A DNA stretch of 62,516 nt, counting the filler, from Globobulimina sp. (taxonomy: Eukaryota): NCBI GenBank assembly GCA_003354225.1. It is 27 parts of 27 records of this genome, joined end to end, with 100 filler letters (N's around TTAATTAATTAA, not from the genome) between each part and the next. Parts side by side here need not be neighbours in the genome. Positions count along the whole stretch, not along the records: positions 48,709 to 50,926 come from PIVH01008119.1; positions 51,027 to 53,244 come from PIVH01008120.1; positions 53,345 to 55,562 come from PIVH01008121.1; positions 55,663 to 57,880 come from PIVH01008122.1; positions 57,981 to 60,198 come from PIVH01008123.1; positions 60,299 to 62,516 come from PIVH01008124.1; 21 more parts are not named here. One strand, 5' to 3'. Both the position numbers and the translations under genes were made by a program. How positions within the stretch are numbered: position 1 is the stretch's first letter; every line of letters begins with the position of its first letter. This document shows, piece by piece, positions 49,372 through 62,230 of the stretch. The notes beneath the pieces are model-generated. The model made no database searches. It saw only the letters and a list, made by a program, of their open reading frames with translations, and was not told where the DNA came from.

Positions 49372-50685
49372 CTATTCCCACAGATTCCACTGAAACGGAC
49401 TCATCATTAAATGAGGTTGTTCCTCATCAAGCAGTAAAGTGAGCCATTTATTACAGATATTATATGAATTTGATATCAATGCAATTTGTTTCTTTGTTGC
49501 TTGAAAGTCTTTTGTCTTTGAATTTGCTCTTAGTTCTGTTATATTGGCACCATTATACATGTCATTAGTCACACATTTATCCATCCATTCATCATAATTA
49601 TTATACCCAACCTCATAATGAATATAACAAAGCAATTTAATCATTGTTTCATGAAACGTGTTCTGATCATAATACTGTTCCGATTGAATGATCTTAATCG
49701 AATTTTTATAATTAATATTTGTATTGGTCATAAACTGAATCCATGCTAATATTTGTGGATAATAACAAGATCTTATCCATACAAAATAAAATAAATACAA
49801 TGAATGTCTTACAGTGGGCAGGTCATTATATGTTTTGATATGGAAATATATGAATTCTTTGTATCTTTCAATCACATCAAACAACACTGATTGTTTGCTG
49901 ATAGTTTGTGTTTTATACCTGTATTCAATATAAAATGTATTTAAATCATTTGTAAATTGAATGAAGCTATTTTTATTTTTACTATTTTGATCATTATAAA
50001 TAATATTTTCTAGATATCCATCAATTGAATTGTTCCATAAATACGTTCGATTAAACAATGTATACACTTTCATATGTTGCCTTTCATGAAAATAGCCGGA
50101 TATAAACCTTTTGTATGGAGATCTCAACAAAATTAATATTTTTGTGCCATATCGCATCATACTGTTTGTTATTAAATATGCAATGTGAGGATATAATATA
50201 TATGCTGGTGATTTGTCGAAAATATATTTCTTGTCGGTTTTATTCGTAATTCGAGATTTTAACTGATTTAAAAAACGAATATGACTCATATTGTAATGAT
50301 AATAATGCTGTATTGCAATATCAAATGAATCCATATCATGTTTATTATGAATTAATTGCCAATCAAAATAATGAATTTCATTAATGGATGCATAAATATC
50401 CTTTTCTTTCATTAATGTCTGTTGCAGTGATGATGTACCACCCTTTTGGACACCGATACATAGTGTTAAATGGCGTAAATACTCTTTGTTGCGTGGACCA
50501 ATTTCCTTTGCTTTAATATTCTTAAAGTTTGCAAATAATGTATTGCCTGCAAATAGAACGAACCGTGTTGGGACAATTCGAATAATAATAAAAGCTACAA
50601 AATTAAGTAAAACAATGATGCAACATGCACGAATAACATAATTACAATTGTGTGGTGGCGTTGCCTTCTTGCAAACATTTGACAT
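49372..50685 (-). CDS. Type II membrane sulfotransferase (heparan 3-O/NDST-like domain)
   Basis: N-terminal TM helix; IGVQKGGTSSL (5'-PSB), EIHYFD, DKSPAY, LRSPYKRFISGY (3'-PB). Confidence 0.9.
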   Translation of the reverse strand: MSNVCKKATPPHNCNYVIRACCIIVLLNFVAFIIIRIVPTRFVLFAGNTLFANFKNIKAKEIGPRNKEYLRHLTLCIGVQKGGTSSLQQTLMKEKDIYASINEIHYFDWQLIHNKHDMDSFDIAIQHYYHYNMSHIRFLNQLKSRITNKTDKKYIFDKSPAYILYPHIAYLITNSMMRYGTKILILLRSPYKRFISGYFHERQHMKVYTLFNRTYLWNNSIDGYLENIIYNDQNSKNKNSFIQFTNDLNTFYIEYRYKTQTISKQSVLFDVIERYKEFIYFHIKTYNDLPTVRHSLYLFYFVWIRSCYYPQILAWIQFMTNTNINYKNSIKIIQSEQYYDQNTFHETMIKLLCYIHYEVGYNNYDEWMDKCVTNDMYNGANITELRANSKTKDFQATKKQIALISNSYNICNKWLTLLLDEEQPHLMMSPFQWNLWE

Positions 50686-51026
50686 TGCTCCGAAACTATT
50701 AAGCAATATTAAAATTAAATGTGAGTCAAAAAAAAAAACTTATACTACAATATACAAAGTAGTTCTTTATTTGGCACCACATTGTGTTTTACGAAATGCA
50801 TCAAAATCCGTATCAATCAATAGCTTCTTCATTTCTTTCACAGAATCATTTATCCCGTCATCCTCTACAAATCCTTCATTCTCCTTACTTTCCTCAAATA
50901 ACAACGGCAAAATATCGATAATATCANNNNNNNNNNNNNNNNNNNNNNNNNNNNNNNNNNNNNNNNNNNNTTAATTAATTAANNNNNNNNNNNNNNNNNN
51001 NNNNNNNNNNNNNNNNNNNNNNNNNN

Positions 51027-51200
51027 TGGCGCGTATGATGGTTCAGTTTGTGTTGATATTGGCTATGGCGCGTATGATGGTTCAGTTTGTGTTGTTATTG
51101 GCTTTGGCGCGTATGATGGTTCAGTTTGTGTTGATATTGGCTTTGGCTGAGGCGCGGATGATGGTTCATTGTTGGTATTGGCTGTGGCGCGTATGATGGC
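51027..51200. repeat. Minisatellite, 33-39-nt unit
   Basis: TGGCGCGTATGATGGTTCAGTTTGTGTTGATATTGGCT(A/T) three times (51027-51143) plus shorter variants. Confidence 0.9.
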
Positions 51201-51263
51201 TGGGTGAAGGACCCATGATGATGTTAGTGAAAAAACAAAGTTAAATAAATATTGAAAGAAAAA

Positions 51264-52999
51264 TCACATGTCAACATCTTCTGGTTCGAGCTCTGAATCT
51301 TCCTCAAAATCATCTTCTTCCATCTCCATCTCGAAATTGGTTTGTTCCTGATCCAAATCGATTTCAATCTCAGGAACTTTCATGTCAAGTCCTTCTTCTT
51401 GTATTTCCCACAATAAATGTCCCAAATCCAAATCTTTACATTTCTCTAAAATTACCGTAAGCTTATGTTGCTTTGCGACAGCCACCAAATCCTTTACCTT
51501 TTCTTTTAATGTCAAGTATTTATAATTCGTTTGCAAATCTACTCTTTTCTCGGGGTATACATCCGTCAAAAATTCCTTCCATATTCTCTGAATTTGTAAA
51601 CAATGCGCCATCGATGCCAACTGTGCGACTGGTGAGATCCATAAAATTCCTTTCGATGTTTCTGTTAAGCCATAGCAAGGACCACTTGCAGCTGCTAATA
51701 TCATCGGTGAGCGTGTTTGACTCGAAACTTCATGCAACTATATATTGCAATGCATGTTAATCAAAAAAAAAACAAGGATATACATACTCGGGTCACAATA
51801 TGCCCAATTTCATTGTTATATTGTTTTATACGCTTATCCAAATCCGCAATAAACTCTGGGCGACCTACGTATCGACTTGATTTTCTTCGTGGCACCGCTT
51901 GATATAAAACTTTTTTTCTGTCGTCCAATTCACATAATTTCAAAGCTGTATTTTTAATTTCATCAATTGTCTGTACATAATACGACGCAGCAATAAAATC
52001 GCATCTTTCTAATTCATTTTGCAATAAAATCATGTCATCGTATATTTTCTGTGACATTTTTCGGGATTCATTTATATTTCCCATCATTTCCGATCTCAAT
52101 ACTTTTTTATATTTTTTTGCACATTTTTTTAAGTCCGCAATTAAATATTCTTCATCGACACAGTTATTTTCTTGTGTTGCTTGTGGTTGTGGTGTGGTGT
52201 GGGATTGTGGTTGTTGTTGTTGTTCTGTTTCTTGTGCTTTTGTTTCGTGCGTTTGCACGCTGCCTGAATTACTCTGCACTGCTGGTTGCTCAATCTCTAA
52301 TACATTGATATTCATAGTGAATGTGCCATACATTTTTTGTTTCATTTCCAAGACAGTCAATAACTTATTACTTTCTCCATGAATCGCAATTCCGTTTTTC
52401 TGTAATATTTGTTTAATGTCCTCCTTTTTATATTTACATGTTTTGATTTTTTGATTAATGTATTCAATCCATAATGATTTAAATCCATTCCGTATTTCAT
52501 TGATAATGTATGCTGATTCCGCGGCAGTTTCCGGATTAATCGAATAATAAATAATTTTTAATGTCATATTTCCTAATGACACAATTGTTTCTCTTTGTGG
52601 ATATTTGGCCAAAATCGTATCGATATAATGACCGCATCCACGGTCCTCCAATTTATCCCTAAGTGCTTGACATGGCAGATCTGCTCCGTTGTATGAATAA
52701 AATATTTTTTTTTCATTACCATTAATATGTTTTTCATTCAATAAACGCCCAGATAATAATGATTGTATTTTTGATTGGGCAGTCTGTGGTTGGTGGCCAA
52801 TAAAGTTTGCGTATATCCAAAGGAGAAAACATACGTCGGTTTGTACTTGTTGTTGACGGAAAGAGTCTGTTGGTGATGTATCAATATCGAGATTCAAGTC
52901 ACCAGTGTTTGTTTCTGTGTTTGTTTCTGTGTTTGTTTCTGTGTTTGTTTGTTGTTGACCAAGCCGGCGCAATCTCTTTCTATCTCCAATAGATGCCAT
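51264..52999 (-). CDS. Orphan protein of about 560 aa, two exons
   Basis: GT-AG intron 51738-51787 joins the two ORFs in frame (VTR|LHEV); TNTE repeats; acidic tail. Confidence 0.7.
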
Positions 53000-53156
53000 T
53001 TCTTCTGTATATGTGCTGTTTTTTGTGTGTATATATATTAAGGATAACAGACATGTAACGGATCACAGATAATGTCACAATGTATGAACCCGTATAATGC
53101 GCAAATGCCATTATAAATCACATCGGTACGTATTGGCGGCGCCGTACCATCATAAA

Positions 53157-53244
53157 TCAGTTTGTGTTGGTATTGGCTGTGGCGCGTTTGATGGTTCATT
53201 GTTGTATTGGCTGTGACGCGTTTGATGGTTCATTGTTGTATTGG
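53157..53244. repeat. Same minisatellite family as 51027-51200, same orientation
   Basis: TCAGTTTGTGTTGGTATTGGCTG then TG(G/A)CGCGTTTGATGGTTCATTGTTGTATTGG twice. Confidence 0.85.
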
Positions 53245-53344
53245 NNNNNNNNNNNNNNNNNNNNNNNNNNNNNNNNNNNNNNNNNNNNTTAATTAATTAA
53301 NNNNNNNNNNNNNNNNNNNNNNNNNNNNNNNNNNNNNNNNNNNN

Positions 53345-54944
53345 AAACATTTAAAAATAAATTACTAAACAATTATTTAAAGCGTCATCCTCTTCCCCTT
53401 CTCCTTCCTCATTAATATCGTTATCGTCATCATATCCATATTCATCATCATACATATTATTAGTTAATGTTTTTGCAGCAAATTGTTGTATATTTTGTCT
53501 ATTTATTTGATACATACTTTTTCCATTACGACCATTGCCAATATCTATACTAATTTTGTACTGTCTCGCCGATGGATTATATTTAGCACATAATATATAA
53601 CCCACAAAGGTTTGACATTTCTTCTGTGCTAAACCTCCAATTATAAAACCTAATTCTGATCCAATCACCTCCTCATATTCCTCATCCTCATCTTCTACAA
53701 TGGCTGAAAACAAAACAAATAAAAAATTTGTGCAAACAACACCACGCATAAATAACAAACCTCGTCTTCGAGAGTCAAGCATAGCATCGTAATATTCATC
53801 GTCTTCAGCCTCGTCATCGTAATCATCATAGTATTCCTCTTCATACTCATCCTCGTAATCCGAATCGTAATAAGCATCCTCATCCTTATAATCCATATCA
53901 TCATAGTAATCATCATCTATATCCATATCACCATAGTATTCGTCATAATAATCGCCATAATCATCATAATAAAAGTCATCTTCACCAATACTATTTTGCA
54001 TATAACCTACGTATATATTAATTTTGTGACAATGTATGGAAATTATATAATTACTATTGTGCGAGGATAGGAATAAGAATAAGGACCGATTTCAGAAAAC
54101 ATAAAAAAATAACAAAAAATACCTCTCGCAGCAGCTTTATTTAAACTGTCGACAATATCAATACGATTCCAGTGATCATCGTTATTAAACTCTATCATCA
54201 TATTCTCGTCCTCTTGATTAGCATTATCAGTCTCAGTCTCAGTCACTCCTAATTTTAAACCATTTTCATGATGCCAATACACACATAATTTCGCATTATT
54301 TAATGATTTTATCCCTTTGGAACAGGCATTAATTCCATTTAATATTTGTTTATCACCATTTGTATTTGTAATATAATAATTATAATATAATTCATCATAG
54401 TAATTATCATTATATTCATTATATTCATCATCTATGTCTAATAATGATGCTATTTCTTCCAATTCCTGCTCTTGTAAAGCTTCTTCTTCTTCCTCCTCTT
54501 CTAATAATCTATGACCATGAGCCCTTTCCATGGCTTCTATATCGATATCTGTTTCGTGCTCATAATAGTCATCCTCTCCCTCTTCCTCTTCATATTCATC
54601 ATCATCATCTATCAAAAGTTGTGCTTCATCTAAACTATTTTCGTATGCTTTTTTAGCATCAATTTTTTGTGATGATATCGTATATTTATCCCAATCGTTT
54701 TCATTTAATAAATCAAAATGATATGACTCGAAATATAGTGTGTAATCTCTGGCTTTGGCACCTCTATCTTCTGCAAATTCGTTTTCTTCTTGAAGCAAAA
54801 TATCATATTCTGCATCATTTGCTGTGGGAATTTAGGTATACGAGTACTATAATATATATATACAAATAAATTAATTAATATACCTGAGAAGATAGAGATA
54901 ATTGCATGGATGTAAAGGTATGATAATAAAAGATAAATGTTCAT
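53345..54944 (-). CDS. Secreted Asp/Glu/Tyr-rich acidic protein (multi-exon, 3' truncated)
   Basis: Signal peptide MNIYLLLSYLYIHAIISIFS; tracts such as DDFYYDDYGDYYDEYYGD; several short introns. Confidence 0.75.
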
Positions 54945-55662
54945 CTTTTGTTGTTGTGTTTCTTTCTGGTTTGCTTGGTTGTTAGTGGTAGAATTTTATA
55001 TTGCAGTTAGTATCTATGATGAGCTGTTTAGCTCATGACCTAGTATAGCAACACCAGAACAAGGATTGTTGGAAACAAATGTGTAAGCTTAAACTATAAC
55101 TTTGGAGAGGTAAACCCCCCCATAAAATATTGTTAGCCATTTCAAATGTTTATTGTTGAAGGAAGTGAAACACTGAAACACCGACGTATGTTGAGACTGA
55201 TGAGCCAATATGGAATAATTTTACATTATATACAAACATACGCATCCGCGCAGCCTTGGAAACGGCATTTATTGGAGAACAACGTTAGTTTTTTGGTGAA
55301 GAGAGTAAATAATAAAAAAACAAACACACAGAAAAAAACGTACAAATTTAACACAACCAGAAGTTCAAGTCCTTAATCCTTATTATTTTTTCTTTGAAGA
55401 ATGTTGTGCATAAACTGAATTCGTCTCTGTAACGAGTAAATCGTCGTTATAATTGAATCTAAATTCGTTATGAACAATCTTAGATTTTGCTTGTCTTATT
55501 GAATATGAGTTAATAATGCCAGATTTTTTTAATTTATTAAAATTCCATTTAATAATATACGGNNNNNNNNNNNNNNNNNNNNNNNNNNNNNNNNNNNNNN
55601 NNNNNNTTAATTAATTAANNNNNNNNNNNNNNNNNNNNNNNNNNNNNNNNNNNNNNNNNNNN

Positions 55663-57880
55663 AATGCTCCAAAATCATTGTATTTGAGAAAAAAGAAAAA
55701 AACACCAAAAAGAAGAAATAATTCTAATCATAGTCGATTGCAAATGACGCCCAAAAAGACAAAAAAGAAGAAAAAATCTATACGAAAATCAGAGAACAAA
55801 CCGTTGAAAAGAAAAATTCCAACCAAAAACATTAAAAAAATTAAAAAGAAAAACAAAAAGAAAAGAAAATTTGAATCACATTCAGAAAGTGATGATGAGC
55901 CTATTTGCAATAAATTTAATAATAAACAAACATTTAATAACAGTAAATCCGTCAAAAGGCAGCTCCAAAACACTGCAAAAGCAGCACCAGCTCGAGTTCC
56001 ATCATCCGTATCATCGATGAGAATCCCAAAGAGAAAGAATGGCGAATATCATTCAAATATGTCCTTTCAAGAGCGAGTAAAACTATCTTTACAGCCAAAG
56101 ACAAAAATAGTTGGTTTCAGCACCGCTAAATATTACAGAAACAATTGCAATGCAAAGCAAACTCCCGCACGAAAAAAACGCAAAATGTTAAGTTTCTATA
56201 CGTATACAGTTATTTAACCTTTACTTTACTTTACATAGAGAGAAGCCGCCGAAGCCGGACAGTTGTTTTTATTCAGATTCAGATCAATCGGATGTGCCCT
56301 CAATATCACCCATGCCAAACATACCTGATTCATATCAGGAAAGTGTGCAAAAAGTAGAGTCATTAAAAAATAAAATACAAACTAACATACAAACCAATGC
56401 TACAAAACAAACTAAAATAGCGAGTAATACGCCTAATACCACACCGTCTGACGACTCCGACCTTATTAGCAATAACCACAATAATCGCAATAATATACCA
56501 AATACAAATGCAGATTCTACACAAGGACAGACAATACATACAATGACCAATCATAACGTATTTCCGAATAAAACAAATGAACCCATGGCCCGGCATACAC
56601 TCACTATTCATAATAGCAATCAGTATCAATCTAATTTTCATAATAATGCATTTAAAGCAAATCCACACAAACAATCGTTTCTAAGTTATGGAACATGGAA
56701 TAATGCAAAGCCTGCAAGTCTTAATATGACCCATAATGACAATAATCATCAGTGGAACAATGCCACCATGCCCGCCAATGCTAATACTAATGATACAGAC
56801 AATAAATGCATATCAATTAGCGGTATCCCAGCCGTTATGAACCAATATATATTGTGCTCAGAATTGCAACGTACTCAGTTAGTAAACATAAGATATTGTG
56901 ATCAGTTGTATGTTGATCCAAACCATCGATATCCACACTTTAAACTGTGCCAAAAAATGGAATTATCCAACATGGACGATAAGAATAAATTGATTCGACT
57001 ATGTCAAATGGGACAATTACGAGTGAACGGACAATTGATATCTGTCACATCGTACAACAAACCATCACCATTACCATTACCATGTACTAATAAACCACAG
57101 ATAAATCATATTCAATATACAAATATGAGCGTACCTCATGATCGCAATATTAATACTAATCATAATCATATACAGCACCCAAAAATCACAAACAAAACGG
57201 TACATGATTTAACCCAAGACATCACATCGCATTCCCGCAGCAGATCTAGATCCAGGCAGAGAGACAAAGATAGAAACAGAGACAAAGGGCATAGGACACA
57301 GACACAGAGACATAGAGGTAAACAGAAACGGAATACAAATAATAGAAATGCGAGATCTTCCCACAGACATCCAAGAGACCGACGACCTAAAAAACACCGG
57401 CAGCACAGTCGGAGCGCCAGTTCACAATCACACAGCGATAGACACAAAAAGAAGGACAAGCTTAAGCTCGATAAGCAATATCATGCATTCGTTGAATTAA
57501 ATAATAATAACATTTGCAATATGCCAGCATTGGAAAGTGAGAAAATGGAAATTGAAGAAGAACCGCTTGCATTGCCGCCGCCTCCACCAAAGATATGCTC
57601 CGCGTATTTGCCCCAAACTGCATCCACAGCAAAACCAAAGAAAAAAAACAAACAGAATAAGGACAGTGATAATGATGATGGCCATGATTCATCGGATGAA
57701 ATATCGTTAGATATGGCAACAAAGATAAGTTGGACCGACACCTTTCGTATATTTGGCTGTGATGATGCGAGGATTATAATGTCCGCACACGATATCATTG
57801 AGGTGAAGACTGATTGGGATGATTTGGATAATAATACTAATCGACAGCCATCTGCCTCCGCTTCGCCGTCGCTCTGTGTA
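55663..57880 (+). CDS. Low-complexity nuclear-type protein with a possible degenerate RRM and R/S-rich tract (partial)
   Basis: Lys-rich N-part, CISISGIP...LRVNGQLISV, SRSRSRSR; probable intron near 56200-56240. Confidence 0.55.
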
Positions 57881-57980
57881 NNNNNNNNNNNNNNNNNNNN
57901 NNNNNNNNNNNNNNNNNNNNNNNNTTAATTAATTAANNNNNNNNNNNNNNNNNNNNNNNNNNNNNNNNNNNNNNNNNNNN

Positions 57981-59190
57981 CGGACAGAGACGCAGAGCGT
58001 TGATGTTTTTCTTCGTCAATATGGCCATCACTCCGTTCCTCAACACTGGCACTTTTATAACTTTTTAATGATTTGGCTTCATTCGCATCGGGGATATAAA
58101 AACTGGGAGAAAACTGTTCATCGAAATGGCTTTCCTGCGCAGTCTCGTTTGCTTCCTGCGTATAATCAATGTCTTTAATCTCATCCACCATTGAATCAAT
58201 ATTTTTATTCCTGATCGAATTGCTTATTTTTTCCATGTCGTCCTCAGCCATTTCTACTTTCCATCTTGTGGCCAGTCGTCCAAATGTTGAACCTGTGCAA
58301 CAGCAAAATTTAGCGGTGTTAACATTGCATTTTTCATATAACAAAATGAAAAAATTATTGTTTACATAACCTTTTAAATCATACAATTTATTCATTTTCA
58401 GTTTATTTGGATACGAATACAACACAGATTTTTGAATTAGGACAAAAACAGCCTTTTGATATTGTATATTGACACGATATAAACCTAAAAATCCACAGAG
58501 TAACGAATCTTTATTCGATATCATATGTTTATAATATTTATGCAAATTATTGCGCAAAAATTTACATTCTGCGGTGCTCATTGATTTTATGATAAAAACT
58601 GAATCTTTTGTTTTGTAAAATAATTGTCCGGATTTGCTGTTCGTTATTAATGTTTTCCAAAATGTTGTATGCAATGCGAGCGATAATTCTTTTTTTTTAT
58701 TATCGTTTTCGATGTTTTCGGTTGAGATTCCGCATAATTTATATAAGAAATCATTTGAATATCTATGTGTCTGTACATTAAAATGTATTCGCAATGATTC
58801 AAATATAAATGGAGCATAAATATTAAAATCAAAATTCGTGAATTTATGTGGTTGCGTATTATCTGAGCCACAAAATGGACACTCAATTTTTATGCAGGTT
58901 TTACACATCTTTTGCAATTCGTTGGTAGATAATTTGTCTAAATCCATCTTAGCAGCGTCACTTTTGTTGTATAATTTTTTATTTGTTCCTTGTATTCCTA
59001 ATAATATGGCGTGTACCATCTCTTCTTGGCCTATCAAACGTTTTGGATTTGTTAGCGTCGCACTTAATGTTGACATTAATGATGGTTCGTCCGCTGCGTC
59101 TTCGTCATCACTGCCTGTATTTTTAGTATTTTGTAAAGGACTCGATTTTGCGTTGCTTAAACGAGCCTTCAGCTTTGTGATCATTTTCCT
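57981..59190 (-). CDS. Phosphatidylinositol-phosphate kinase (PIP5K family), partial
   Basis: YAPFIFESLR, SKSGQLFYKTKD..FIIKS, SLLCGFLGLY, YDLKG|STFGR across an intron near 58293-58369. Confidence 0.92.
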
Positions 59191-59743
59191 CTACAAAGAA
59201 TTACAGAAAACTCCTACTTCAAAAACCATGGCCAACTACATAGCTTTAGAGACACTAGCTGCTGTTTTTGTATTTAATCTGCAGCATTATTATCCTCTAA
59301 AGCATGAGCAATAAAGCCAATATCGGAAAAATATCCAAAAAAAATGAAACTCAAAAATAAATTCCACTGCAATTCATAGAACTGATTCCACTGCAATTCC
59401 ACTGCAAAGGATGAAATTATTAGAAGCCAACAGTTGTGAGTGTTGCGTGGCTATTATGAACGCATTATTTGTATTAATCTTTGGCAATCTAACCATACCA
59501 TCATATCCATAAATAATATCCACCAATAAATATAATTTATGTGACCGTGCTGTCACTATTGATGCAGATACCAAACCAAACAAAATCACAGTTTATGCGC
59601 AGCAAACACGACTTAAACACACCATTACCGGCACACTGAGCGATTAACTCCAATAACAGTTACATCACAATAACAGTGCCTCGTAATTCAAATGATCGAA
59701 AGGCTTACAAACAACAAAAAATTAAAACAAACCAAACAAACAA

Positions 59744-60198
59744 TCACATACATTCAAAAAGTAATAAATCTTGTCTATATCCATAAGTAGCACTTGTTTG
59801 TTGCATTGATATTTTTATTTTTGGATATTTAATATTTAATGATGATGACATTGATGAATATACATAAAATAACCAACTTCGTCTATCTCCACCTTCTTTT
59901 TCTTTATAATCCTTCCAAATCCCATATAATGAACACTTGATTTTATTTGTTTTTCTTGTTTCACTTAAAATATCCAATAAACCACATAATGAAAATTGAT
60001 ATGAAACATATCCAATACCACATTGAATAACAATATGATTCAAATTTGGAAATAAATTTATCAAACTACTCTTCAATAAATTCCTGCCACCAATAATCTC
60101 TTTATATGACACATTATTTCTATCCTTACCCACAGAATATGATGACTCCACAATCAAATCTTGTAAAACTGCGGGATATGCAAATAAAACATAATGCA
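59744..60198 (-). CDS. C-terminal part of a protein probably of the same family as 2321-4540
   Basis: LINLFPNLNHIVI resembles LNILFPNISLISV, which follows the ART-like module. Confidence 0.45.
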
Positions 60199-60568
60199 NN
60201 NNNNNNNNNNNNNNNNNNNNNNNNNNNNNNNNNNNNNNNNNNTTAATTAATTAANNNNNNNNNNNNNNNNNNNNNNNNNNNNNNNNNNNNNNNNNNNNAA
60301 AATATTATCGTTGAGAATCAGCTTGTCGCCTATTTGGCCATGGCCAGAAACTAGTTTTGCCCCTATACCAAAACAAAAAAAAAAAGTAAAAAAAGAATTG
60401 CTAATTACAATTTAATCTGCAAAACATAAATAAAACAAAACAAACTCAACAACACTATATCTTCTCTTATCTCATCTGCACTGTCAGTGTCAGACTAACA
60501 TCAAAATCAAAATCAAAAAGAAAGAAAGAAAGAAAGAAAGAAACAACAACAAAAATGAATGCCACAAA

Positions 60569-62230
60569 CTACCCCAACATCTTCTCCCTCCACAAAATGG
60601 AATGCTTAAAAAACTCCACCACTTTGCCCGAATACGTCATGGCCTTCATCGGGTTCTCGAACTTCTCCGTATTGAACAAGTTCGGCCCCACCACAATGGC
60701 CATGTTCTGCGCTCCCATCTTATTAATCTTCTTAAACCGCGCGATCTCGACGCACATATCGCACAGCCACAGGAAAATGCTCTTGTTCGGCTCGGGAAAG
60801 CCCGAAATCACATTGCTGGCATCCTCCATATTGCCGACATGCTCAATCAAGTCCGGATTGACGCAGTTCAGCAGCGGGTCGGGCAAGTCCCGGAACCACA
60901 CTTTGATCAAATTGGCGTACACATTCACGTCGATCTTCTCCTCCTTCTCCTGCAACTGCCCCATATCGATGCGCTGCTTCACCGCCTTATTGACGCTCGC
61001 ATTGGGCGCCAAGCGGAAGATGCCCACTTGTTGATAGCCGCGGGCCTCCTGCAAGGCGCCCCGCAGTCGCACCAACACCGTGGGGATCTTGGACGCGTAG
61101 TCCGTGTGCGGGATGGCCACCGACGGCAACTGCTTGGGGTTGACACCAAACTGTTTGTTTAAATGCGCCAACCACTCCGGAGGCAGCCCGCTGTAGAGCC
61201 CCGTTTCCTTGTTATGCGTCACTTTGATGCAATGTTCCACCGACGACGGGTTCTTGATACTGGCGTCGCCGCTGAAGTGCTTGCGGGGTTTGGCCGGCAA
61301 TATCTTCAAAATGCCACCCGGCTCCACCGACGGCAAAGTGTCGTGTTGCTGGCTGTTTAAGTGATACGTCGGCGCCATATTGCCCTTTTCCTCCGCGTCG
61401 CGATACCCGTTAACGTTGTTGGCGCCGTGCTCATTGTCCTCGTTGTCATGGTGGGAAAAGAGCGGCGGCGGTGCTGGCTTTGCCTGTGGTTTTGGGGAAT
61501 GCGGTGCTTGCTTTTTGTGTGGGTTTGGTGGCGGTGAAGTTTGTTGGACGTATAAGTCGGGCGCGGCGGCGGATGGTTGTCGGGGTGGTTTCGGAGGTGG
61601 TGGTGGTTGGGGTATGGGATTACGGCTCGATTTGTATAATGTTATGACTGCGATGACAGATTTGAGGAACCTGTGTGTTTGGGCGAGAATGCGTGGTTTT
61701 AGCGAACGCAAATTCGCAACAATGGCTTAACTGAGCAGCTTGTTTTAGTCCAGATTCGCTTTTATGAAATCCCAAACCATATCGATTGCCGTTTTCATCT
61801 GAAAAACTATGGAAATTTTTTGACTTCTCTTTATATGCACATTCTGAGGTCACATTGCAATTCATTAAAACCTGCGAGTTGAGTGCAAAATGTGTGTTTA
61901 AATTACATCGCAAAATCGCAAGAGAATAGGATTGGTTTTAACTTGTTGTGATTTGACAGTCCATGCAAGAATACGATGAGAACTGTCCATGGTGTCCTCA
62001 CAGAGATGGACCTCGGACCAGCCCCCTTCGCCGGCAACGACCCATTTTCTATTCTCTAATTCGTACACGACTGCATAGCATGATTTGATTGATCGCTCAG
62101 TGGATTGATTGCCTCCATTGAAATTGTTTTGTGGCTCTGATTCGTAAAATCTGTTTCGTGGTTTTGCAAATATTTGCGATTTGTGTTTAATTAAATGATG
62201 ATATTAGATATTATAAACATACTCAGCCAT
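60569..62230 (-). CDS. WH1/EVH1 - polyproline - CRIB-like - RhoGAP protein
   Basis: Three introns (about 62151-62222, 61873-61942, 61671-61731) give KWVVAGEGGWSEV...FHSFSD...YGLGF; PPPPPP; IKNPSSVEHCIKV...GLPPEW; GIFRLAP, LIKVWFRDLPDPL, NKMGAQNMAIVVGPNL. Confidence 0.88.

Noticed and set aside
51027-51200. Possible CRISPR array
   Set aside because: Units abut with no unique spacers and there are no cas genes; it is a minisatellite.
2221-60298. Periodic TTAATTAATTAA motif and cross-contig gene neighbourhoods
   Set aside because: Synthetic linkers between length-sorted contigs; neither the periodicity nor adjacency across linkers is biological.
60517-60543. (AAAG)n microsatellite
   Set aside because: Ordinary simple repeat in a 3' UTR.
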